A stretch of 64,000 nucleotides of DNA, taken from sequence record PP813861.1; one strand, written 5' to 3'. A model generated the notes under the pieces. The model was not told the DNA's origin. It worked only from the letters and a program-made list of their open reading frames with translations, and did not search any database. The position numbers were made by a program, and so were the translations under genes. Positions 37,697-45,716 of the stretch are shown here, piece by piece. Within the stretch, counting starts at the first letter, position 1. Every line of letters begins with the position of its first letter.

Positions 37697-38109
37697 TGAA
37701 TAAATTAATTCTTGTACTATCCTTAGTACTCGCATCTATGATTCTTGAAGCCAGTGAAATTAAAACAACCACTAATGGGATTATTAAACAAGTCGATTGC
37801 CAACTTGTAGCTAAAGATAATAGTATCGCTGGTGCAACTATTGGAGGTACCGTAGGAGCTGCTGCCGGTGCTGCGGTAGGTAAAGCACTTCTTGGTAAAT
37901 CGGGTAGTTGGATTGGAGGTCTGATTGGTGGGGCAGCTGGCGGTGCTATCGGTAATAACATGGCTGCAACAGAAACTTACCAATGTAAGATGATCATTGA
38001 AGATCATGGTAAACTGTACATGAATCAAATCGTCACAAATAAGAAGTTAGAACCAGACATGTCTGTAACTATTGTAGAAATGTCTGATGGTACCTACGAA
38101 ATAATGTAG
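37693..38109 (+). CDS. Secreted/membrane glycine-zipper protein (SlyB/Pcp-like)
   Basis: N-terminal signal peptide plus GATIGGTVGAAAGAAVG...IGGLIGGAAGGAIG zipper. Confidence 0.8.
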   Translation: MMNKLILVLSLVLASMILEASEIKTTTNGIIKQVDCQLVAKDNSIAGATIGGTVGAAAGAAVGKALLGKSGSWIGGLIGGAAGGAIGNNMAATETYQCKMIIEDHGKLYMNQIVTNKKLEPDMSVTIVEMSDGTYEIM

Positions 38110-38117
38110 CCATAATG

Positions 38118-38139
38118 ACCCTCCCTTAATTGGGAGGGT
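38118..38139 (+). terminator. Terminator
   Basis: Exact 22-nt copy of 36441-36462. Confidence 0.8.
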
Positions 38140-38194
38140 TTATGCTAACAATTCTATAGCACTCTTATTAACAGTCATCAACGAGAGAGTAGAC

Positions 38195-40087
38195 ATGAAT
38201 AAAATGCTAAACTTCCTAAACCGCACGCTATATAGCGGTACTGAAAAAGTATCTTCAAAAGCTACGCCGAGTCTAGAACACTTTAAAACAAATGTTGAGC
38301 AAGTCGATAAAAAGATTCTACAACCCTTTAGTACTAAATTTAAAATCATTCTAAAAGAATGTTACAGTAATGAAGAGTGGGTTGAAGAACAGTCATTTAT
38401 TGAAGAACCTATTGATCTTGGTTCAGCTGCACGCGGTCTTACCGAGCGCGGTATTATGCGTGGTGATTGGGGACGCTTAGCGCATTCCACTATTAAAGAA
38501 GCAGAAGGTATGATGCGTACTTATAGTGGTCGTCTAAATGAAGATATGGAGGCATCTGAAATTAATGAAGTAATTCAAGATATGCCTTATAACTTCACAG
38601 CTGGTTCAGCTAATACCAGTCGTTTAGAAGAAGATGATTCTATTTTTGTTGAGGCTGATACAACTGTAGTTGAACCTCTATCTAAGCAGACTCTGCCAAA
38701 AGTAGCAGAGCTTACTAATCAATTAGTGGAAGTCTATAATCGAATTACCGAAGAATTTACAGAAACTGGTATTGCTAAAGTTGAACAAGTTGAGCAACCA
38801 GCAGTACTTGTAGCACTTGGTGAGATCATTAGTAGTTTTAATAAACTAATTGATTTATCGTGCGGTGCTCTACCAGTGGAAGAAACTGTTATTGTAGAAG
38901 AAGATCCGTTACCTGCTATTGTTACTGGTCCAACTACTGAACCCATTGATGGTGAAATCCCACCGGTTGATGCTATCAATAATACCGCATTAGAAGAGTT
39001 TATTGAAGAAGTACTAAGTACTAATCCAGAATTTATTAAATACCAAAGTATGGGTGATAGTAATATTGATTCATATCTAACTGGGGATGACTGGATTATA
39101 CTAAAATTTAAAGATGGCTCTTATTATTTATACAATGCCCAAAGTGCTGGTGAAACGAATATAGAAATCATGAAAGATATGGCCGAAACTGGTAGTGGTC
39201 TTAATGGTTTTATAAATCGCGTTGTCCAGGGTGGCTATGTAGAGAAGACCATCGTTAATGAAATCGATAATAATCCCGGCTTTATGTATGTCTCAAATGA
39301 AGGTCTTATCGACACCATTAAGAGTATCTTCAACTCTGGCCCTGAGATCAATCTCGATAAAAAGAAGAAAGCTATTGCTACGCTGAAAAGTACCTATGGT
39401 GACGCCAAATGGGTGGCAGAAGCAAAGCTTAAAACCGGCGAAGTAAAAGTATCGAGTTACGAGACGTTCGCGTCCAATGATCCTAAGGCCGCAAAAGCCA
39501 ATATCACTAATGCTGTAGCTAAAGCTGATCGTCACAACCAGAAAGTTCTAGATGAGAACAGTAAGATGCTAGCTCCCGTGGTTAATCTGTTCAAAGGGAA
39601 TGATTGGCAAGACCCTAAGAAAGTCGCTACTCTTTTGGCCGAATGGAAACCTGATGTAAAGACAAACTTCCAAGAACCCAAATGGCCCGATAATGCTGGT
39701 ACTAAGATTAAGTTACTTGATGCTACCGGTATTGTGGAAGCAGCTAACGTTATCATTGATGTTCTGTCTAACAACACTAAGACTATTGCGGACGCTTGGT
39801 TAGCCCAGTATCCTGACCTATCTGTCAATGGAGATATCTACAAACATAAGCTATCCACTATTAAAGATAAAGACGCTCTTGAGGACGTATATCTGCTGGC
39901 TAAACGGGCCGATAATATCATTCTTAACATTCATGCAGCGTACGACGATGCTAAGGTCGAATCTACCTATCGAGTATTTGCTATCGATATGTTGAAACTA
40001 ATGCAAGCGTCTATCAGTAGCTTCCCAAGTGGTTCATCCGTAGAGAACACTAATGAACGCAATACGCTCATTGGTATTGAAGAATAA
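38195..40087 (+). CDS. Head (internal/ejection) protein, gp303-like, with prohead-protease site and KTSC-like domain
   Basis: 630 aa; VSNE|GLID matches phiKZ S/A/G-X-E cleavage motif; synteny after nrdB and gp304. Confidence 0.7.
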   Translation: MNKMLNFLNRTLYSGTEKVSSKATPSLEHFKTNVEQVDKKILQPFSTKFKIILKECYSNEEWVEEQSFIEEPIDLGSAARGLTERGIMRGDWGRLAHSTIKEAEGMMRTYSGRLNEDMEASEINEVIQDMPYNFTAGSANTSRLEEDDSIFVEADTTVVEPLSKQTLPKVAELTNQLVEVYNRITEEFTETGIAKVEQVEQPAVLVALGEIISSFNKLIDLSCGALPVEETVIVEEDPLPAIVTGPTTEPIDGEIPPVDAINNTALEEFIEEVLSTNPEFIKYQSMGDSNIDSYLTGDDWIILKFKDGSYYLYNAQSAGETNIEIMKDMAETGSGLNGFINRVVQGGYVEKTIVNEIDNNPGFMYVSNEGLIDTIKSIFNSGPEINLDKKKKAIATLKSTYGDAKWVAEAKLKTGEVKVSSYETFASNDPKAAKANITNAVAKADRHNQKVLDENSKMLAPVVNLFKGNDWQDPKKVATLLAEWKPDVKTNFQEPKWPDNAGTKIKLLDATGIVEAANVIIDVLSNNTKTIADAWLAQYPDLSVNGDIYKHKLSTIKDKDALEDVYLLAKRADNIILNIHAAYDDAKVESTYRVFAIDMLKLMQASISSFPSGSSVENTNERNTLIGIEE

Positions 40088-40107
40088 CTTACTGAGTATG
40101 TAATGAT

Positions 40108-40258
40108 ATGTAGAAATGATCCCTCCCCCTCGTTTCTACATTAGTCATAATAAATCGGAGCCAGTCCCCCTTCCAACTGGCTCCCAGAGAGTAAAACTCT
40201 TTGCTGGGCATTAATGACGATATATCGCCTCCCTTCGGGGAGGCTTTATATTTTTTTT
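40108..40258 (+). ncRNA. Candidate structured sRNA with two C-rich loops
   Basis: TATGTAGAA motif, three hairpins, UUCG terminator, no ORF. Confidence 0.55.
40227..40244 (+). terminator. Intrinsic terminator
   Basis: GCCTCCC-TTCG-GGGAGGC then TTTATATTTTTTTT. Confidence 0.85.
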
Positions 40259-40312
40259 GTTTTTTACTAGTGTACCTTAAAATATGTATAAATAAAATAG
40301 AGTAATTATAAC

Positions 40313-40765
40313 ATGATCAAAAATGAACTTTTACCAGGGCTAATCTATGCCCAAAAAGAATTTGATAAAATTGCAGCTAATGTAAAAGACTATGATAAGT
40401 ATAAAAGACGCGAAGCTGGTAGGGCAAGTGCCGTTTTAAGAAGTCTAGTGAGCAATATTGTAAATCAGAATAAACCATCCTCACTTGAACATGAAGGCAA
40501 AGTTAGTACTACTAATACTAATGAATATTTAGAAGAAGTTAATAATTACTTCTTTAACATTAATAATATTAAATTAATTTCTCCTAAACTCATAAAAGAG
40601 AAATTAACAATTGATCTAATGAATATTTATGTTAAATGGAATATGATTGGAGTGGCTGGCCGAAATGATGTTCCAATTATTGAACACAGAATTAATGATT
40701 GGTGCGAAGTGACCGATGTCTACATTAATGGTAATAAGATAACTTCTTTACAATGGCCACGTTGA
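40313..40765 (+). CDS. Hypothetical protein (gp302 position)
   Basis: 150-aa ORF. Confidence 0.75.
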   Translation: MIKNELLPGLIYAQKEFDKIAANVKDYDKYKRREAGRASAVLRSLVSNIVNQNKPSSLEHEGKVSTTNTNEYLEEVNNYFFNINNIKLISPKLIKEKLTIDLMNIYVKWNMIGVAGRNDVPIIEHRINDWCEVTDVYINGNKITSLQWPR

Positions 40766-40823
40766 ATTTAAAATAAGTTGTAATAAAATACCTAGCATTA
40801 CATGTTATGTATTGAAGCACAAT

Positions 40824-40908
40824 GCCCGAATGGTGAAATTGGTAAACACAGAAGACTTAAAATCTTCCGGCTACGGTCTTGTCGGTTCGAATCCGACTTC
40901 GGGCACCA
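40824..40908 (+). tRNA. tRNA-Leu(UAA)
   Basis: GCCCGAA/TTCGGGC acceptor, GAAGA-CT-TAA-AA-TCTTC, long variable arm, TTCGAA T-loop, encoded CCA. Confidence 0.95.
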
Positions 40909-40917
40909 ATTTAAATA

Positions 40918-40993
40918 CGGAGTGTAGCGCAGTTGGTAGCGCGCCTGCTTTGGGAGCAGGATGTCGGGAGTTCGAGTCTCCCCACTCCGACCA
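40918..40993 (+). tRNA. tRNA-Pro(UGG)
   Basis: CGGAGTG/CACTCCG acceptor, anticodon TGG at 40951-40953, CCA. Confidence 0.95.
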
Positions 40994-41014
40994 TTTTAAT
41001 AATAGGTAAATAGG

Positions 41015-41308
41015 ATGGATAATAAATGGATATCATGGGAACATCAAATTATAGGAACAGATCTTTACGCTATTCTTAGTGACCCTGAATTAACTAATAT
41101 TCAATTAGCTCAAGGCTTACACTATCTAACAGAAGCAAAGTCTTCTGTATTACATGTTTGTAATAACCATATTACATTCACTGTAACCTATCCACATGGC
41201 ACATTTAGAACCAATGTAATTAGAGAGTGCCCTGCTAGTGATACAAATACATTCAAATGGTCAGGTGTATTAGTCCGTCAAAAAGATGGAACATTCTTAC
41301 CAGAATAA
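41015..41308 (+). CDS. Small hypothetical protein between tRNAs
   Basis: 97-aa ORF. Confidence 0.7.
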   Translation: MDNKWISWEHQIIGTDLYAILSDPELTNIQLAQGLHYLTEAKSSVLHVCNNHITFTVTYPHGTFRTNVIRECPASDTNTFKWSGVLVRQKDGTFLPE

Positions 41309-41315
41309 ATAAAAA

Positions 41316-41392
41316 GGGCCTATAGCTCAGTTGGTTAGAGCAGGCGACTCATAATCGCTTGGTCGCAGGTTCAAGTCCTGCTGGGCCCACCA
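41316..41392 (+). tRNA. tRNA with CAU anticodon, most likely tRNA-Ile2 (lysidine, reads AUA) rather than Met
   Basis: Anticodon arm GGCGACTCATAATCGC as in bacterial ileX; C4:G69 and C5:G68 TilS determinants; no initiator features; CCA. Confidence 0.85.
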
Positions 41393-41399
41393 TATACTA

Positions 41400-41419
41400 G
41401 CCTCCCACTTGGGGGAGGT
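41400..41419 (+). terminator. Terminator after tRNA
   Basis: GCCTCCC-ACTTGG-GGGAGGT-TTTAT. Confidence 0.7.
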
Positions 41420-41444
41420 TTTATACTGTCTCATTGAGGAAAAC

Positions 41445-41666
41445 ATGAATACAGTAATAATGTTGGTATTATCTATCAAAGTTGGATTATTTGGTTTCAT
41501 TTCGACTAATGAAAGTAATATCCTATTTGAAAATAGGGAACAGTGTATTTCTCATCTGGATATTCTGGAACATAAATACAAGTCTCTTGAAGTTATTCGA
41601 AATGAGAATACTCTAAAGATAACCGAAAGAGATAACCATTCTATTTATATTTTTAAATGTCTCTAG
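41445..41666 (+). CDS. Small protein with N-terminal hydrophobic segment
   Basis: Start moved to ATG 41445 after GAGG RBS; MNTVIMLVLSIKVGLFGFI. Confidence 0.7.
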   Translation: MNTVIMLVLSIKVGLFGFISTNESNILFENREQCISHLDILEHKYKSLEVIRNENTLKITERDNHSIYIFKCL

Positions 41667-41962
41667 GAAAATACATGGAACATCAAGAACAAAAAGAACT
41701 ATTGAGACAACCATTACAAACACTTTATAATCTTACTTTTAGTCCCCGTTTACGTAATGGAGCGAAGGCTCCCGATTGGATTCACCTGACCGATGAAGTA
41801 ACCCTATTCCCAAACGGATTAGATATTACAATCAACGCTGTTACACGTTGCATCAAATGGGAACTTATCGGCGAGGATGTAAGTAACATTACTTATGTTG
41901 AAGCTATGTTCTTTAATAAAGGTCTTAAAGCAGTTAAAGCCTATCTCAAACATACGGAGTAA
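41657..41962 (+). CDS. Small hypothetical protein
   Basis: 101-aa ORF; start may be 41675. Confidence 0.7.
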   Translation: MSLGKYMEHQEQKELLRQPLQTLYNLTFSPRLRNGAKAPDWIHLTDEVTLFPNGLDITINAVTRCIKWELIGEDVSNITYVEAMFFNKGLKAVKAYLKHTE

Positions 41963-41964
41963 AT

Positions 41965-42312
41965 ATGGATCATCTAACCCCAACGCAGAGCGCTGTATAT
42001 TTCACATTTATTAGCCCTGAGTTTATAAAGCTAACTCTTGTTGAATCTTTTGTAGCGATCCACAAGAAACATCCAGAAGTAAAGCATTGCGTTAAGAAAA
42101 AGATTAGTGCTAATGAAACGCAGTTTATCTTTATCTTCAAAGATGGGACTGATAATTTAATCATTACACGTAAAACTGAACCTTGCCCTGAACTGGATAG
42201 CCCAGTAGGCGATAGTATTAAGTTGTCCGGCGAAGAACTTAAAAATATTCTTGCTAAGTACGATCGTCCCAAGGATGGTAACTATTTCAAGCACTGGACT
42301 GATCGCCCGTAA
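41965..42312 (+). CDS. Hypothetical protein
   Basis: 115 aa, GGAG RBS. Confidence 0.75.
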   Translation: MDHLTPTQSAVYFTFISPEFIKLTLVESFVAIHKKHPEVKHCVKKKISANETQFIFIFKDGTDNLIITRKTEPCPELDSPVGDSIKLSGEELKNILAKYDRPKDGNYFKHWTDRP

Positions 42313-42327
42313 TAAAATATTACTGGT

Positions 42328-42346
42328 TATGTAATACTATGTAGGA
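42328..42346 (+). promoter_or_regulatory. tRNA promoter-like motif TATGTAAT-nn-TATGTAGGA
   Basis: Directly upstream of tRNA-Asp; same architecture at 40097-40115. Confidence 0.6.
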
Positions 42347-42364
42347 AGTCATGTCCATACGTTT

Positions 42365-42441
42365 GCGCTCATAGTTCAGTTGGTTAGAATACCCGCCTGT
42401 CACGCGGATGGTCAGGGGTTCGAGTCCCCTTGGGCGCGCCA
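42365..42441 (+). tRNA. tRNA-Asp(GUC)
   Basis: GCGCTCA/TGGGCGC acceptor, CT-GTC-AC loop, G73, CCA. Confidence 0.93.
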
Positions 42442-42447
42442 TTTAAT

Positions 42448-42523
<76 letters not shown>

Positions 42524-42529
42524 ATTTCT

Positions 42530-42553
42530 AAAGAGTAGCTTCGGCTACTCTTT
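42530..42553 (+). terminator. Terminator after tRNA-Asn
   Basis: AAAGAGTAGC-TTCG-GCTACTCTTT. Confidence 0.85.
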
Positions 42554-42607
42554 TATGTTGCCATGGGTTATCTTATGAATTAAAATGATTTACTTGAGAG
42601 CACACTC

Positions 42608-43615
42608 ATGTTTGAATTACTATTATCGCCAGATATAGGCGAAGAGTTACCCTTGGTTGGATTTAATGAAATTATTAAATTAGGCGATCTACCTGTGGCA
42701 CTAGCTGGTACTATGTCATATGTGGATGGGAATATACTGTATGTTGGATCTGGACATCATACTGAAGGACAAACAGCCGCAACTGTGTTCAGACGTTTTA
42801 CCATATCACCATTCGCAGATGCAGGTGCAACTGCTACTGGAACATTCTTACCAGGCGTATCCTTAGGATTTGGAACATTACATAAGAATAATTTCATTGT
42901 TTATGGCGGTATTACTGGATGGAACTCGGCTGGTAATGGTGGTACGGGAACATCTAACTTTATACAACATTTTGATATAGCTACAGGCAATAGGGTTGAG
43001 CGATATAGTGGTCCCGTACCACTTTGGGGTACAGCCTCCGCATCAGATGGTAATGATCTTATTCTATGCGTTAACCCAATTGGCGTAAACGCAATGCGAT
43101 TAAAACCATCAAGTAAGTCTTGGCTTAGCGGGCAAGACTATTCAGGTGGTGCTCGTTCAGGTCAACAGTTATTCTTTTATAATGGTTACTTTTACCATTT
43201 TGGTGGTTGGGATAATACAAAGAACATACCTAATCTTGAAGTTTATCGATATAATGCAACTACCTTAATATGGGAGCAAACACCTTGGATGGTTATACCT
43301 GCTGATAAAGGAACAATCTGGCAAGGTAATGGTTATGTAGATGGGGACTATTTTAATTACCTTAACGCTGTTGATGTCGGCGGTGTAACTAAAATGTTTG
43401 CACAACGTTTTAATATTAGGCGCCGGAAATGGGCTGAACCATTTGAACTAGGTATCGGATTCCTTAATATTTCATCTATAGCTAAAGGTCCGGATAATAG
43501 CATGATCATTGTAGGTGGATCTAAAATGCCAGTTGGTGGTAGAGCATATATGTTGAAAAGCCAATTATTAACTGGTATATATCAAGTTAAAGTAGCCCCA
43601 TTAGTTCTCGATTAA
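42608..43615 (+). CDS. Kelch-like beta-propeller protein, probably virion-associated
   Basis: Repeats LYVGSG, FIVYGG, FYHFGG, IIVGG with Y/W spacing. Confidence 0.75.
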   Translation: MFELLLSPDIGEELPLVGFNEIIKLGDLPVALAGTMSYVDGNILYVGSGHHTEGQTAATVFRRFTISPFADAGATATGTFLPGVSLGFGTLHKNNFIVYGGITGWNSAGNGGTGTSNFIQHFDIATGNRVERYSGPVPLWGTASASDGNDLILCVNPIGVNAMRLKPSSKSWLSGQDYSGGARSGQQLFFYNGYFYHFGGWDNTKNIPNLEVYRYNATTLIWEQTPWMVIPADKGTIWQGNGYVDGDYFNYLNAVDVGGVTKMFAQRFNIRRRKWAEPFELGIGFLNISSIAKGPDNSMIIVGGSKMPVGGRAYMLKSQLLTGIYQVKVAPLVLD

Positions 43616-43649
43616 ACTAAAGATAAAAATACTAGTGCGATGATATTAT

Positions 43650-43760
43650 GTAGGATTACTGTATCTAGATAATCCTAAAGCTATCCACTAAATACACTCG
43701 GTGGTAGATTTAATTATAGAGTGTGTCTGAGTGCCAGGGGTTTGCCACCCCTGGCTATAT
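43650..43760 (+). ncRNA. Candidate small RNA: 5' hairpin + H-type pseudoknot + terminator
   Basis: TATGTAGGA motif; stems 43651-58/43670-77, 43681-89/43700-07, 43693-99/43719-25; terminator 43733-55. Confidence 0.5.
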
Positions 43761-43905
43761 TATGTCAATGAGTGTATCTCGTTCTTTATAACCACTATTG
43801 ATATTTAATATAGGTGAAGGGAAGGTGACGAGGCCTTTCCATAGCCGGTATATAACCTAATTTAATAAAGGTTATATACCACATTGTAATAAAGGAACTT
43901 CTATA

Positions 43906-44430
43906 ATGAATAACACAAATCAGTTTGTAAAAACTATTGTTGATTACCAGGCTATCCTGGATGCATTGATATATAAAACTAATGAGAATTGGAATAAGTA
44001 TGGGATGCATTATCATCTTAATGATGTCAGTCATATCACTATACGTGATCATAGAACAGTAGGGTTTTTTATTGGTCGTCAATCTGGTAGTACTACAGCA
44101 TTAATGGAATTTTCAAAACGCTACCCTGGTGAATGTTTGGCAGTATTCACCGACGAAAGAATTCGACGTGGTGCTCAAGATAAACTATCCAAAACACCAG
44201 ATAACATTATTCCATATTTAACTACATTTAAACTACGTAGCTATATCCATAAATCTGGACTATCAACGATCCAGAAAGACTTTAATGAAAATTTACTTTC
44301 AGATATCCGCTATATACTTGTAGATAATGCATCTTATAATCTAAATTTACGAGGTATTACTGATAAAGAATTTAATCAGTGGGTAGCTGATACTTTTGGC
44401 ACTAGTGTGATTGTAGTTCGTTTTAGTTAA
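43906..44430 (+). CDS. Degenerate P-loop protein resembling a terminase ATPase domain
   Basis: GRQSGSTT (Walker A with K to S) and YILVDN (Walker B-like). Confidence 0.55.
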   Translation: MNNTNQFVKTIVDYQAILDALIYKTNENWNKYGMHYHLNDVSHITIRDHRTVGFFIGRQSGSTTALMEFSKRYPGECLAVFTDERIRRGAQDKLSKTPDNIIPYLTTFKLRSYIHKSGLSTIQKDFNENLLSDIRYILVDNASYNLNLRGITDKEFNQWVADTFGTSVIVVRFS

Positions 44431-44450
44431 AATATAAATAGGTAAAATAA

Positions 44451-44473
44451 AAGCCCTCCGTCATGGAGGGCTT
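44451..44473 (+). terminator. Intrinsic terminator
   Basis: AAGCCCTCC-GTCAT-GGAGGGCTT. Confidence 0.8.
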
Positions 44474-44597
44474 TATGTTGTTATGATATGACATTGTTGT
44501 CTAAATAAAATATAGTACGCATATGCGAAGTCATTTTTAATGGCTTTGCATATGTCATTAACTATAAATTATAGTAATTTTTAGAAGAGGTATTTAA

Positions 44598-44756
44598 ATG
44601 TTTGAGGCGTTATTATTTACACCACTTGTTAATTTAAAACCTGTTGTGGATGCTATAGACATATACGAAGGTAGTTTACCACCTTCAGCAAGTTTCCAGG
44701 TTATCGATTTAGATAATACCGTGACTGAACCAGAGGTTATACCGGATGATAATTGA
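44598..44756 (+). CDS. 52-aa acidic protein (MFEALLFTPLVNL...)
   Basis: Manually found; GAGG RBS; overlaps start of next gene. Confidence 0.65.
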   Translation: MFEALLFTPLVNLKPVVDAIDIYEGSLPPSASFQVIDLDNTVTEPEVIPDDN

Positions 44757-45714
44757 ACTTAAATGGCTTGATCCTAATAAAACAAAATATCACTCCACTG
44801 AAATTTATCGAGCCGATTACGAATTCGATAATATTAAAGATGCTGAATTAATTACTACAGTTGGACCAGGGATAACATCTTATCAAGATACAACCGTGGA
44901 ACATAAAAAAACATATTATTATCGCTTTAGATTGATCTATGGATCACAAAAATTTGAAGCATCGGATATGTTCACATTTACAGCTATCCCATACACTGGA
45001 CCTGGTCCAGCTATTTTCCAATTTGGAGATGAACGTTTTGGTTATTTTGGAAAGTTCCCAATGGACTTACCGTCATTACCATCGTTTAATATGGTTCGTG
45101 AAGCATTTAGTTTAGGGCCAATTACAGGTAACTATCTAGAAGTAGCAGAACTTCATAAATTCGCAATAGGTGGTACTGTTAGAGGTACCTTCCCATATCC
45201 ATTGGCAATTGGGTCGGAACTACCAAGAGATAGTGAAATCATGCAAACATTAATTAATGGTGGTGCAATTCCATTAACAATAGGTTTACATGATTGGAAA
45301 ATAATAATACCCTCAGCCGAACATCATAATAATCCAAACCATAATGTGCAGCATTTCCCAGGTGAACTGCGGTCAATGATGGCAGTTATTACAGAGATGT
45401 ATGCTCGTGTTGAAGATGCTGAGACAGGTAACAAAACAGGTGGTAGACTTACATTAAACAGTGGTTTAAATATGTTCTATGACCCATTGAGTGCCAGATT
45501 TCCAGATACCGAAATAAAATATATAATTAGTTCAGATTGGACTGATAATGAATGTACAGCTATTAATTGGACAAGTAGAGATGCAGTATATCCATTAAGA
45601 GCAAAAGAACTACATACCGAAGTAGTTAATGTAGCCACAGATGACGTATGGAATAAAATGCTTATTTGGCCAATTCTAGTTTATACAGGTCTAACTAAAC
45701 CGAAGGAGGTGTAG
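44746..45714 (+). CDS. Fn3-like domain virion-protein paralog 1
   Basis: IYR...SYQDTT...YYYR followed by YTGPGP...GDERFGYFG, typical of phiKZ-like structural paralog family. Confidence 0.7.
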   Translation: MIIELKWLDPNKTKYHSTEIYRADYEFDNIKDAELITTVGPGITSYQDTTVEHKKTYYYRFRLIYGSQKFEASDMFTFTAIPYTGPGPAIFQFGDERFGYFGKFPMDLPSLPSFNMVREAFSLGPITGNYLEVAELHKFAIGGTVRGTFPYPLAIGSELPRDSEIMQTLINGGAIPLTIGLHDWKIIIPSAEHHNNPNHNVQHFPGELRSMMAVITEMYARVEDAETGNKTGGRLTLNSGLNMFYDPLSARFPDTEIKYIISSDWTDNECTAINWTSRDAVYPLRAKELHTEVVNVATDDVWNKMLIWPILVYTGLTKPKEV

Positions 45715-45716
45715 CC

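Noticed and set aside
37689-38028. Minus-strand ORFs 37689-37961 and 37723-38028
   Set aside because: Antisense to the glycine-zipper gene
40812-41009. 65-aa plus-strand ORF
   Set aside because: Overlaps tRNA-Leu and tRNA-Pro
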